Source of the DNA: an uncultured Rikenellaceae bacterium
GTDB lineage: Bacteria > Bacteroidota > Bacteroidia > Bacteroidales > VadinHA17
DNA length: 64,000 nucleotides
Assembly: GCA_964595725.1 (NCBI GenBank)
Contig: CAZQRQ010000007.1
Location: 6,039-70,038, forward strand
Direction: 5' to 3'
Positions 9,602-18,032 of the stretch are shown piece after piece. The translations under genes were made by a program, and so were the position numbers. The notes beneath the pieces were generated by a model. The model ran no database searches. It saw only the letters and a program-made list of their open reading frames with translations, and had not been told where the DNA came from. Position 1 is the stretch's first letter. Every line of letters starts with the position of its first letter.

Positions 9602-11353
9602 ATGCAAAAAATGAAATTTGATATTTCCAGATTAAAGGGTAAACTGGGCAGGATGAGGGACTGGCTGGACGGACATAATATGCCTCCCAGGCTTCTTTTT
9701 TTTGTAATGGGTATTGCATCAACTATATGGTTCCTTGTCAGGGTCATACCTAAACCATCAAGGGCGACATACCCCTGTATGCGGGTGGCGGCACCATTTA
9801 TGTCGGGATTTGTTGCTTATCTTCTTGCAGTTGCCGGACTTACGGCTGTCTCGAGGAGGATGAAGAGGAAGATTATTAACGTAAGGCTTGGAGCTGCTGT
9901 CCTGCTGCTTACAGGAGTTGTTGCTGCGATGGCAATAATGCCTGAGAGCATAACTACCAGGCTGTTTCAGGATGCGGATGTATATACCGGACCTGACGAT
10001 GGTCCCAACCAGCCTATCGGAGAAGCCAGGGGGATTTATCCGGGTCGTGTGGTCTGGGTATGGAACCCTGATGCCACGAACGAGAAGTTTGAGCATAATG
10101 ACCTCGATACGTATAACTGGTTCGTAAACGCCGAGAATAATAATCCCGAAGTTATAGCTAAAATGTTCCGCGACGGTGTTCTTAAACTGACAGGTGAAAA
10201 GGATACCAAAAAAGCATGGGATACTATGTTCAGGTTTTTTAATGAGAAGAAGAAAGGCGAAAATATAGGATATACAAAAGGAGAAAAGATATTCATCAAG
10301 ATAAACCAGGGTCAGTCAAGATGGCTTCTTTCACAGGAAGACAAGGATAATGGTTTTGCAATTCCTCATACTCTTCAGAGTAGCCAGGAGAGAAGCAGAC
10401 GCAGTTACATACCTACGGAAACGGGTCCTTATGCTGTCCTTGAATTGTTGAGAGAGCTGGTTGATGCCGGGGTTAGTCAGGAGGACATATCGATTGGAGA
10501 TCCGATGTGTCCGATATGGGCTCATAACTATGATGTATGGGTAAAGGAATTCCCGAAAGTGAAATACCTTGACAGGAATACAACTGACTATGGACGGACT
10601 CTTACCTCTTATTCAGAAGAATCATTGGTTTTCTATTCAGATAAGACCATCACAGATAAGCTCTACGATGTAATTGAAAATGCTGATTACATGATCACAA
10701 GTGCTGTGCTTAAATGTCATGGTGCAGCAGGCGTTTCCATGACTGCAAAAAGTAATTTTGGTAATATCGGAAGACCTACAGCCGGTCATCTCCACTATTC
10801 ACATATAGCTAACAGAAGAGAAGGTATGCCTACCAATACCGGTTACCATAAATACAGGGTCTTTGTTGATCTTATGGGAAGCAAATATCTCGGACAGAAT
10901 ACCCTTTTCTGGTTTGTTGAGGGACTGTTTGGAGGAGGGTCAAGTGAAATACAGGGACCTGTAAAATACTTTTTGCCTCCATTTAATAACGACTGGAGTA
11001 ATTCCATGTTCATGTCACTCGACCCTGTTGCTATAGAATCAGTATGTTATGATTTTCTAAGGTCTGAGTGGAATGGAACCTATGAACATGATCCGGTGAA
11101 CAATGGATGGGAAAAAATGGCTAATACGAATGGTGTCGATGATTATATGCATCAGGCTGCAGATCCTACCAACTGGCCGGAAGGCATCGTCTATGATCCT
11201 GATAACAGTGGTAAGCCTGTTCCGGTTCTGGGAGTTCATGAACACTGGAATAACCCTGTTGACAAGCAGTATTCACGTAACCTGGGAACAGGAAATGGCA
11301 TAGAACTTGCATCTATACCTGAAGATCTTGTAAAAAATGTTAAAAGGAGGTGA
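9602..11353 (+). CDS. DUF362 domain-containing protein with N-terminal TM segments
   Basis: 583 aa with 2-3 N-terminal TM helices. The central and C-terminal region (KIFIKINQG..., LKCHGAAGVSMTAKSNFGNIG, SLDPVAIESVCYDFL) is DUF362-like and resembles ORF 61762-62844. Confidence 0.55.
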   Translation: MQKMKFDISRLKGKLGRMRDWLDGHNMPPRLLFFVMGIASTIWFLVRVIPKPSRATYPCMRVAAPFMSGFVAYLLAVAGLTAVSRRMKRKIINVRLGAAVLLLTGVVAAMAIMPESITTRLFQDADVYTGPDDGPNQPIGEARGIYPGRVVWVWNPDATNEKFEHNDLDTYNWFVNAENNNPEVIAKMFRDGVLKLTGEKDTKKAWDTMFRFFNEKKKGENIGYTKGEKIFIKINQGQSRWLLSQEDKDNGFAIPHTLQSSQERSRRSYIPTETGPYAVLELLRELVDAGVSQEDISIGDPMCPIWAHNYDVWVKEFPKVKYLDRNTTDYGRTLTSYSEESLVFYSDKTITDKLYDVIENADYMITSAVLKCHGAAGVSMTAKSNFGNIGRPTAGHLHYSHIANRREGMPTNTGYHKYRVFVDLMGSKYLGQNTLFWFVEGLFGGGSSEIQGPVKYFLPPFNNDWSNSMFMSLDPVAIESVCYDFLRSEWNGTYEHDPVNNGWEKMANTNGVDDYMHQAADPTNWPEGIVYDPDNSGKPVPVLGVHEHWNNPVDKQYSRNLGTGNGIELASIPEDLVKNVKRR

Positions 11354-11372
11354 AAACTGCTAAATATAAGCA

Positions 11373-12458
11373 ATGAGCAAACAAACACTAACCATTGATA
11401 TTCTGAAATTTTTAAGAGCAACCCGGTTGAGTATTTTGTCGGCATTATTAATGCTGTCAGGTATTTTTATTCAGGGTATCAGCGCCCAGCCTGCCGGAAA
11501 TGTAAATCCTATAGGAGAAGAAATTAATGCAAAGAAATTCTACTCATCAGCTGTTGATGAGGATAATACGGTCTGGTTTCTTTCTGATGCCGGAATAGTC
11601 AGTTTTGACGGAACAAAATGGTCCTTGCATAATAAGAACCGTAAAGTCAGCTCAACTGACCTTAAAGACGTGGTCTACGATTTCTCCTCATACGGGCCTG
11701 AGCTATGGCTGGCTACTCCCCAAGGTGCTACTGTTGTTTCCGTTCCGGTTGATGCAAGATCAGGTGCCACAACGTATTACAGCGAAAATTCTGAGATTAT
11801 TAGTGAGAATGTTCTGGCTGTGGCAGTCGGGAAGAAAGAGCTAAGATGGTTCGGCACGGACAGGGGGATTTCCGCATTTAAAGGCAGGAAGTGGCTGACC
11901 AACAATTACGCCAGGAAATACCCGGAAGGTATGTTCAAGGATTTCCCGATAACCGCTATGGCAACAAGCGTTGACGGGGATTCAGTATATGTTGCAACCA
12001 TGGGCGGCGGGGTATTCAGGCTATACAGGAACGACGTGGACGCTGTATCAGGTGCATCCGATTATGCAGGCTGGGGTCCTATTCTCATTCCTTCCGATAA
12101 TGTCTTCTGTGTTCATATCTCATCCGATGGAACACAGTGGTTCGGTACAGATATGGGAGTCGGGAAACACGCTGGATTCAATACACTTGAAGGCTGGGAA
12201 GTATTTACAACTGTTGAGGGCCTGGCAGATGATGTTGTCAAGGCTATCAATTCAGATACAAAAGGGAATATGTATTTTGGAACTAAGAACGGTTTTTCGG
12301 TATTTGACGGTAAAACCTGGACTACATACAGAACTGACTCGGGACTTGTGAGTAATAATATTTTAACAATTACGGTCGACAGGGCAGGGGCTGTCTGGCT
12401 TGGTACCGACAGCGGAGTCTCATGTTATAAGAAGGGTGAATTCACCAGTTATCAGTGA
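11373..12458 (+). CDS. Secreted beta-propeller protein with two-component-regulator-propeller (Reg_prop)-type repeats
   Basis: 361 aa with a signal peptide. Recurrent W(F/L)GT(D)xG(I/V)S motifs are present (WFGTDRGISAF, WFGTDMGVGKH, YFGTKNGFSVF, WLGTDSGVSCY). Confidence 0.6.
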   Translation: MSKQTLTIDILKFLRATRLSILSALLMLSGIFIQGISAQPAGNVNPIGEEINAKKFYSSAVDEDNTVWFLSDAGIVSFDGTKWSLHNKNRKVSSTDLKDVVYDFSSYGPELWLATPQGATVVSVPVDARSGATTYYSENSEIISENVLAVAVGKKELRWFGTDRGISAFKGRKWLTNNYARKYPEGMFKDFPITAMATSVDGDSVYVATMGGGVFRLYRNDVDAVSGASDYAGWGPILIPSDNVFCVHISSDGTQWFGTDMGVGKHAGFNTLEGWEVFTTVEGLADDVVKAINSDTKGNMYFGTKNGFSVFDGKTWTTYRTDSGLVSNNILTITVDRAGAVWLGTDSGVSCYKKGEFTSYQ

Positions 12459-13129
12459 AATACCGGGAATAAAATCCCAAAATCAATTGTAGTGCTGTTA
12501 TGTCCGCAATTAGGGAATTGAAAGTCGAGATTTGAAACGTGCCTTATACCCGGTCTTATCTCAAATACCAGGCGATCCATCTTATACTGAAAACCAAAAC
12601 CAAAAATATCAGAGAAAGCAAATCCCTTTGCAAGTCTTTCTGTTTCTTTATTTGTTATCATAGGTCCTGAACTCCCCAGGATGAAAAAGTTCATCCTTTC
12701 ACAGAGGCTTATCCGGACCTGCAGACCAAGGTTCAGAACATATTCCGTTATTGGTTTTTTTGTGGTATATAATTGCCTCAGTTCAAGATAATCCGGTCCA
12801 TATTCCGGTTGCACAAAATACTCGTTAAGAAGCTGGTGTTTTGCTGTGAATATCGAAGGTTACGCTACCAGGGCCAGTGTAACTTTCCCTTTTCTGATAG
12901 TGTAGTTTATAAGAAGCTTGACGTTCCTCGTATTATACGAGTAGTCTTTATTTCAGAAGGGAAAGATCTGTTGACTTCCTGTGCCACAGCTTAAACCGAT
13001 CATAGTCCGTCTCTCCTTCTCCTGGCATTCGGTAGCTTGAAGAAATACTACGCACAGGAGCAGGGATGATAATATCCTGAGAATAAGTCGGCTTCTTTTT
13101 TGTAGCTTTTTCTTATTGTGCAGGATCAT
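12452..13129 (-). pseudogene. Acyloxyacyl hydrolase / PagL-like outer-membrane protein pseudogene (two in-frame stops)
   Basis: A single minus-strand frame runs from ATG comp(13127-13129) to the stop at 12452. It is interrupted by TGA at comp(12953-12955) and TAA at comp(12860-12862). The N-terminus is signal-like (LILRILSSLLLCVVFLQA). The C-terminus IRHVSNLDFQFPNCGHNSTTIDFGILF resembles the PagL H-x-S-N / N-x-G-x-N end. Confidence 0.5.
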
Positions 13130-13215
13130 TTACATGAAAAGAATTATACTCAAATATAATTAAGTAAATTAAACCAGCACCATGTTTGGCCGTGTTAGTG
13201 TGAGTACGAGACTTG

Positions 13216-13289
13216 TGGAGATAAGGGGAATCGAACCCCTGACCTTGTGACTGCCAGTCACACGCTCTAGCCAACTGAGCTATATCCCC
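13216..13289 (-). tRNA. tRNA-Ala (anticodon GGC)
   Basis: The reverse complement folds as a cloverleaf: GGGGATA-TA-GCTC-AGTTGGCTA-GAGC-G-TGTGA-CTGGCAG-TCACA-AGGTC-AGGGG-TTCGATT-CCCCT-TATCTCC-A. The G3:U70 Ala identity pair is present and CCA is not encoded. Confidence 0.9.
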
Positions 13290-13555
13290 GTTCGACTTTG
13301 CTGCCCGGCAAATTTATAAAAAAAATTAATCCATATTGAAATATTACTGTCAGGACACATTTTTGTAGATTTGTGACTGACTTTTACTCAAACGACAGTG
13401 TCATTATTAAATAAACAGATTTGTTGTATGTCGCAACAATTAAAACTTGTTGAAGTGATTTTGAATTCTGGCATTATAATTGAAACTATTTAAGGATTAA
13501 ACCGTTTTACAGGCTGAAAAGTATTTTTACCAGCAAAAAGAGTCACAGGGGAATT

Positions 13556-14350
13556 ATGAAGATTTTAAAGGAGAGGGAGAATTTTAACGAGATCATCTTT
13601 GAGAACAGGAACAAGGAGTATGGTGCTTATTTTCTGAGAAAGAAGTATAACGGTTATGTTACGAGGGGCTTGTTGATCGCAGTGGTTATTGGTTCTTTAA
13701 TAGTCGGGATTCCTTTCCTTGTTGTTAAAAACAAGTCTGAAGAAATGAGGGTCGGTTCCAGGGGAAGAGTCGTCCAGCTCAGGATGGATAAACTCGAACC
13801 ACCCGAAGAGCAGATAATTATACCTCCTGCTGCACCACCCCCTCCGCCTGCAGCACAGGAAGTAGTAAAATATGTGGCGCCTGTCGTGGTAGATACTGTC
13901 TTACCTGCAGAAAAACTGGTTCCGATTGTAGATGAAGTACTGGCATCACCGGAAACTGAAACCGAGGAAATAGCGGTATTTTCAGATTCAGGGCAGGATG
14001 AGCTATTCGGGGATAACATCGGTGAAGGAGGCGATGAGCCTTTTGTGCTTGTTGAGGTGCCTCCATCTTTCAGAGGTGGTGATCTGGATAATTTCCGGGC
14101 ATGGATACAAAAACGGGTGATTTACCCCCAGGCTGCCCAGGAAAACGGCGTACAGGGAAAAGTATTTCTGACCTTTATTGTGGAACGCGATGGCTCAGTC
14201 TCGAATGTTAATGTACTCAAGAGTGTTGATAAATTGCTGGATGACGAGGCGAAGAGGGCAATAGAATCTTCTCCAAAATGGAGCCCCGGTCTTCAGCGTG
14301 GGCGACCGGTACGGGTTCGATTCTCCATTTATCTTAATTTTGCTCTTTGA
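13556..14350 (+). CDS. tonB: Energy transducer TonB family protein
   Basis: 264 aa with an N-terminal anchor and a Pro-rich spacer (IIIPPAAPPPPPAAQE). The C-terminal TonB domain reads PPSFRGGDLDNFRAWIQKRVIYPQAAQENGVQGKVFLTFIVERDGSVSNV. Confidence 0.85.
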   Translation: MKILKERENFNEIIFENRNKEYGAYFLRKKYNGYVTRGLLIAVVIGSLIVGIPFLVVKNKSEEMRVGSRGRVVQLRMDKLEPPEEQIIIPPAAPPPPPAAQEVVKYVAPVVVDTVLPAEKLVPIVDEVLASPETETEEIAVFSDSGQDELFGDNIGEGGDEPFVLVEVPPSFRGGDLDNFRAWIQKRVIYPQAAQENGVQGKVFLTFIVERDGSVSNVNVLKSVDKLLDDEAKRAIESSPKWSPGLQRGRPVRVRFSIYLNFAL

Positions 14351-14436
14351 CCGGATTATTTTACTTTAGATTGAACCTGATTTTTTTAATTGAATGATTT
14401 ATTTAACTTTAGTCGCAGTAACTAAAACCAGGAAAT

Positions 14437-15588
14437 ATGAAAAAAGTTATACCCTTCATTTTTATTCTGGCAATCATAATGGCGGGCTGCGGATCTTCCA
14501 AGAAGCAACTCGAGAGAGGCAATTATGATGCTGCAATAGACAGGGCGGTAAAACAGCTTCGCAGAGACCCAAATGATTCGAAGCAGATGTCAACCCTGAT
14601 GAATGCTTACAAAGTAGCAAAGGACCAGGATGAGGAAAGAGTAAGATTCCTGAAAATGGAAAACAGGCCTAACAGCTGGGATGAGATATACCAGGTCTAC
14701 CAGAGGCTTTATGACAGACAGAACCTGGTAAGGACAATACCGACAGCCAATATACAGTATGTGGATTACATGCCTGACCTGGTTGCTGCCAAGAGAAAAG
14801 CCGCAGATTTTTACTACGCGCATGGCATGGAACTTATGAATAGTAACAACAAAGAATCTTACCGCCAGGCCTATGCGGAGTTCATTCGAGCCAAGCAGTA
14901 TGTGGGTGATTATGAAGGAATTGACGACAAGATAATGGAAGCCAGATATCTTGGGATGAGCAGAGTGTTTGTGTCAATACAAAATAAGTCGATGCTCAGG
15001 TTTCCGAAAGAATTCGAGGACGACCTTCTCACCCTTGACCTTCCTATGCTTAATTCAGAATGGGTTGAATATCATACAGCAAATCTCGACCAGAACACAC
15101 AATTCGACTATTTTGTAAATATAAATATCAATAATATTGCAGTGAGTGATGACCAGACTACGGAAAGGGATTCGGTAATAAAGCGTGATATTGAGGATGG
15201 ATTTGAATATGTTCTCGACAATAACGGGAATGTTATGAAAGATACCCTGGGGAATGATGTCAAGATAAAGAAGTATAAGACTGTCCAGTGTGCACTCATT
15301 GAAACAATACAAAGAAAGGCCTGCAGGATAGACGGAGATGTGGAAGTAATACAGATGAATCCGAACAAAGTACTGAAAAAGGACCCGATCGGGGCAGAAT
15401 CAAATTTTGAAAACATTTCAGCCCGTGCCCTAGGAGATATACAGGCACTTACACCTCAGCAGCTTGAAAGGACAAGATCAGAGGCTGTGCCATTTCCAGC
15501 CGATATAGATATGGTGATAAGGTGTTCTGAAACCCTTAAGCTTGCTATAAGGGGAGCTATGCTCAATAACAGAAGATTTATCCTGTAG
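14437..15588 (+). CDS. Lipoprotein of unknown function
   Basis: 383 aa with lipobox FILAIIMAGCGSS. I recognise no other motif. Confidence 0.6.
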   Translation: MKKVIPFIFILAIIMAGCGSSKKQLERGNYDAAIDRAVKQLRRDPNDSKQMSTLMNAYKVAKDQDEERVRFLKMENRPNSWDEIYQVYQRLYDRQNLVRTIPTANIQYVDYMPDLVAAKRKAADFYYAHGMELMNSNNKESYRQAYAEFIRAKQYVGDYEGIDDKIMEARYLGMSRVFVSIQNKSMLRFPKEFEDDLLTLDLPMLNSEWVEYHTANLDQNTQFDYFVNININNIAVSDDQTTERDSVIKRDIEDGFEYVLDNNGNVMKDTLGNDVKIKKYKTVQCALIETIQRKACRIDGDVEVIQMNPNKVLKKDPIGAESNFENISARALGDIQALTPQQLERTRSEAVPFPADIDMVIRCSETLKLAIRGAMLNNRRFIL

Positions 15589-15615
15589 GGAAACAACATA
15601 AATATTTTTTATTGA

Positions 15616-15655
15616 ATATGCCGCAAATACCTAATTTTGCGGCATATATTTTTTG
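15616..15655 (+). terminator. Rho-independent terminator after the lipoprotein gene
   Basis: Perfect 12-bp stem: ATATGCCGCAAA (15616-15627) pairs with TTTGCGGCATAT (15636-15647). The loop is 8 nt and ATTTTTTG follows. Confidence 0.65.
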
Positions 15656-15669
15656 TTCGCATTAAAAAT

Positions 15670-16890
15670 ATGACCGAGACGGCAGAAATAACTGAGAAGG
15701 CAATACTTGTGGGGATCGTAAATCCTGGTCAGGATGAGAAGGAGGTGGATGATTACCTTGATGAACTCTCTTTTCTTACCGAAACTGCGGGAGGGGTGCC
15801 CCTGAAGAGATTCAGGCAGAAGCTGGATGTACCAAACCCGAGAACATTCGTGGGAGCAGGGAAGATAGTAGAGATAGCATCATACGTGGCGTCAAATAAA
15901 GTGGATATCGCAATATTTGACGATGAACTTTCACCAAGCCAGTTAAGAAATATAGAGAAACTGCTTGGGTGCAGGATACTCGACAGGACAAACCTGATAC
16001 TGGATATATTTGCCAGGCGTGCCAGGACTTCTTATGCCAGGACACAGGTCGAACTGGCTCAGTACCAGTATCTCCTTCCACGACTGACAAGGATGTGGAC
16101 TCACCTGGAACGGCAAAGAGGCGGGATAGGACTGAGAGGCCCGGGTGAGACGGAGATTGAAACCGACAGGAGAATTATAAGGGATAAGATTTCGAGGCTA
16201 AAATCCCGGCTTGAAAAAATTGATGTGCAGATGGCCATCCAGCGAAAAAACCGCGGAAAGCTGGTGCGTGTTTCACTTGTCGGCTATACCAATGTCGGTA
16301 AATCGACTATTATGAACCTGATCAGCAAATCGGACCTATTTGCAGAAAACAAACTGTTTGCCACCCTGGACACAACCGTAAGAAAGGTTGTTATAGGCAA
16401 CCTGCCATTCTTGCTTTCCGACACGGTCGGATTTATTAGAAAACTGCCGCATAACCTTATAGAATCATTTAAATCAACTCTTGATGAGGTGCGCGAATCA
16501 GATCTCCTGCTGCATGTGGTCGACATTTCCCACCCTGGCTTTGAAGAACAGATAAGAATTGTCGATGAGACTCTTCACGAACTAAAATCGTCAGGCAAGC
16601 CATCTGTCATTATATTTAATAAGATTGATGCTTTCAGGTACCGGGCAAAGGATGAATTTGACCTTACTCCGGCAACAAGGGAAAATTATTCACTTGAAGA
16701 TCTTAAAAGGATGTGGATTGCCGGCAACAAACACTCGGAAACAGTGTTTATCTCGGCAAAGACGGGGGAAAATATTGAAGAGCTGAGGCGTATTCTTTAC
16801 GATGAAGTGAAAAAGATCCACATCACGCGATATCCATATAATAATTTCCTGTACGATTCAGATATTTCAGGCAATAATAACTCCGTGTAA
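15670..16890 (+). CDS. hflX: GTPase HflX
   Basis: G1 is GYTNVGKSTIMN, G3 is DTVGFIRKLPHNLIESFKSTLDE, and HflX N-domain motifs are present. ATG 15670 (MTETAEI...) is preferred over the track start 15637, which lies inside the upstream terminator hairpin. Confidence 0.9.
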   Translation: MTETAEITEKAILVGIVNPGQDEKEVDDYLDELSFLTETAGGVPLKRFRQKLDVPNPRTFVGAGKIVEIASYVASNKVDIAIFDDELSPSQLRNIEKLLGCRILDRTNLILDIFARRARTSYARTQVELAQYQYLLPRLTRMWTHLERQRGGIGLRGPGETEIETDRRIIRDKISRLKSRLEKIDVQMAIQRKNRGKLVRVSLVGYTNVGKSTIMNLISKSDLFAENKLFATLDTTVRKVVIGNLPFLLSDTVGFIRKLPHNLIESFKSTLDEVRESDLLLHVVDISHPGFEEQIRIVDETLHELKSSGKPSVIIFNKIDAFRYRAKDEFDLTPATRENYSLEDLKRMWIAGNKHSETVFISAKTGENIEELRRILYDEVKKIHITRYPYNNFLYDSDISGNNNSV

Positions 16891-16945
16891 CCCTGTGTCC
16901 CTCTGTGTAATTTAAGATATTATTTCACAGAGAACCACAGAGAGG
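16891..16945. repeat. CTCTGTG/CACAGAG inverted-repeat element between convergent hflX and asd
   Basis: CCCTGTGTCCCTCTGTGTAA ... TCACAGAGAACCACAGAGAGG. Related copies lie at 30021-30040, 30306-30320 and 31262-31325. Confidence 0.7.
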
Positions 16946-16950
16946 ATTAT

Positions 16951-17940
16951 TCAGTAAAGATTGTTCTTAATCATGTACTCAGCTATCTGGATGGCGTTGG
17001 TAGCTGCACCCTTCCTTATGTTATCGGACACTACCCACATATTCAGGCATTTTTCCCTGGAATAGTCCCTTCTTAACCTTCCTACGAACACTTCATCCCT
17101 GTTGTGAGCGAGTACAGGCATCGGATATTCATTCCTGGCCGGATTATCATACACCACTACCCCGGGGAAATCCGCCAGCAACTTCCTTACATCATCTAAA
17201 TCATACTCTTTTTCAAACTCGATATTTACCGCTTCTGAGTGGCCGCCCACAACTGGTATCCTGACAACAGTCGCCGTTACCTGGATAGAGTTGTCTCCAA
17301 GTATTTTGCGGGTTTCATCGACCAGTTTCTGCTCCTCCGAAGTATATCCTGACGGAAGCCATGATCCGCCGAAGGGAATACAATTCATGTCTATCTGGTG
17401 GGGATAGGCCATTTCTCCCTTGATGCCCTGCCTCTCGTTTTGCATCTGGGCAACGGCTTTAACACCCGTACCGGTTACTGACTGGTAAGTTGCAACGACG
17501 ATCCTCTTTATCCTGTATGCCTTGTGAAGAGGGGCAAGGGCCATAACCATCTGGATGGTTGAACAATTAGGATTTGCAATTATCCTGTCTCCCTTCTGTA
17601 TCACATTACTGTTTATCTCGGGAACAATTAGAGGGACATTCTCCTCCATCCTCCATGCCGACGAATTATCTATCACGACAGTTCCATTTTCGGCAAATGC
17701 AGGAGCCCATTCTTTTGAAATGCCGGCACCGGCTGAAAAAATTGCAAAAACCGGTTTTGCCTCTACAGCTTCTTCAACACTTACTACCTTTACAGGTTTA
17801 CCGTTAAAAAGGATCTCTTTACCAGCTGACCTTGATGATGCAGCCGGTATTAACCGGTCAACCGGAAATTTTCTTTCCCCGAGAACCTGGATCATTGTTC
17901 TTCCTACCATTCCTGTTGCTCCGACTACAGCTGTTTTCAT
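16951..17940 (-). CDS. asd: Aspartate-semialdehyde dehydrogenase
   Basis: 329 aa. N-terminus MKTAVVGATGMVGRTM, active-site region IIANPNCSTIQMV, C-terminal region GAATNAIQIAE. Confidence 0.9.
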   Translation of the reverse strand: MKTAVVGATGMVGRTMIQVLGERKFPVDRLIPAASSRSAGKEILFNGKPVKVVSVEEAVEAKPVFAIFSAGAGISKEWAPAFAENGTVVIDNSSAWRMEENVPLIVPEINSNVIQKGDRIIANPNCSTIQMVMALAPLHKAYRIKRIVVATYQSVTGTGVKAVAQMQNERQGIKGEMAYPHQIDMNCIPFGGSWLPSGYTSEEQKLVDETRKILGDNSIQVTATVVRIPVVGGHSEAVNIEFEKEYDLDDVRKLLADFPGVVVYDNPARNEYPMPVLAHNRDEVFVGRLRRDYSREKCLNMWVVSDNIRKGAATNAIQIAEYMIKNNLY

Positions 17941-18032
17941 TTCCGGATAGTTTTGTTATTTACCTTAATTATTATGATATTTACATTAATAAAGGCTTCA
18001 AAATTAGCTTTTTTTTCAATTCGTCTCGCTGT

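Noticed and set aside
12860-12955. Considered stop-codon reassignment or programmed readthrough (and initially a frameshift) for the interrupted PagL-like gene.
   Set aside because: Recounting shows a single frame. Two different stop codons (TGA and TAA) are involved and both terminate neighbouring well-supported genes, so a pseudogene is the parsimonious call.
17832-18032. A 67-aa N-terminal extension of the LTD protein ORF.
   Set aside because: It would overlap the asd coding region on the opposite strand. ATG 18033 gives a canonical signal peptide.
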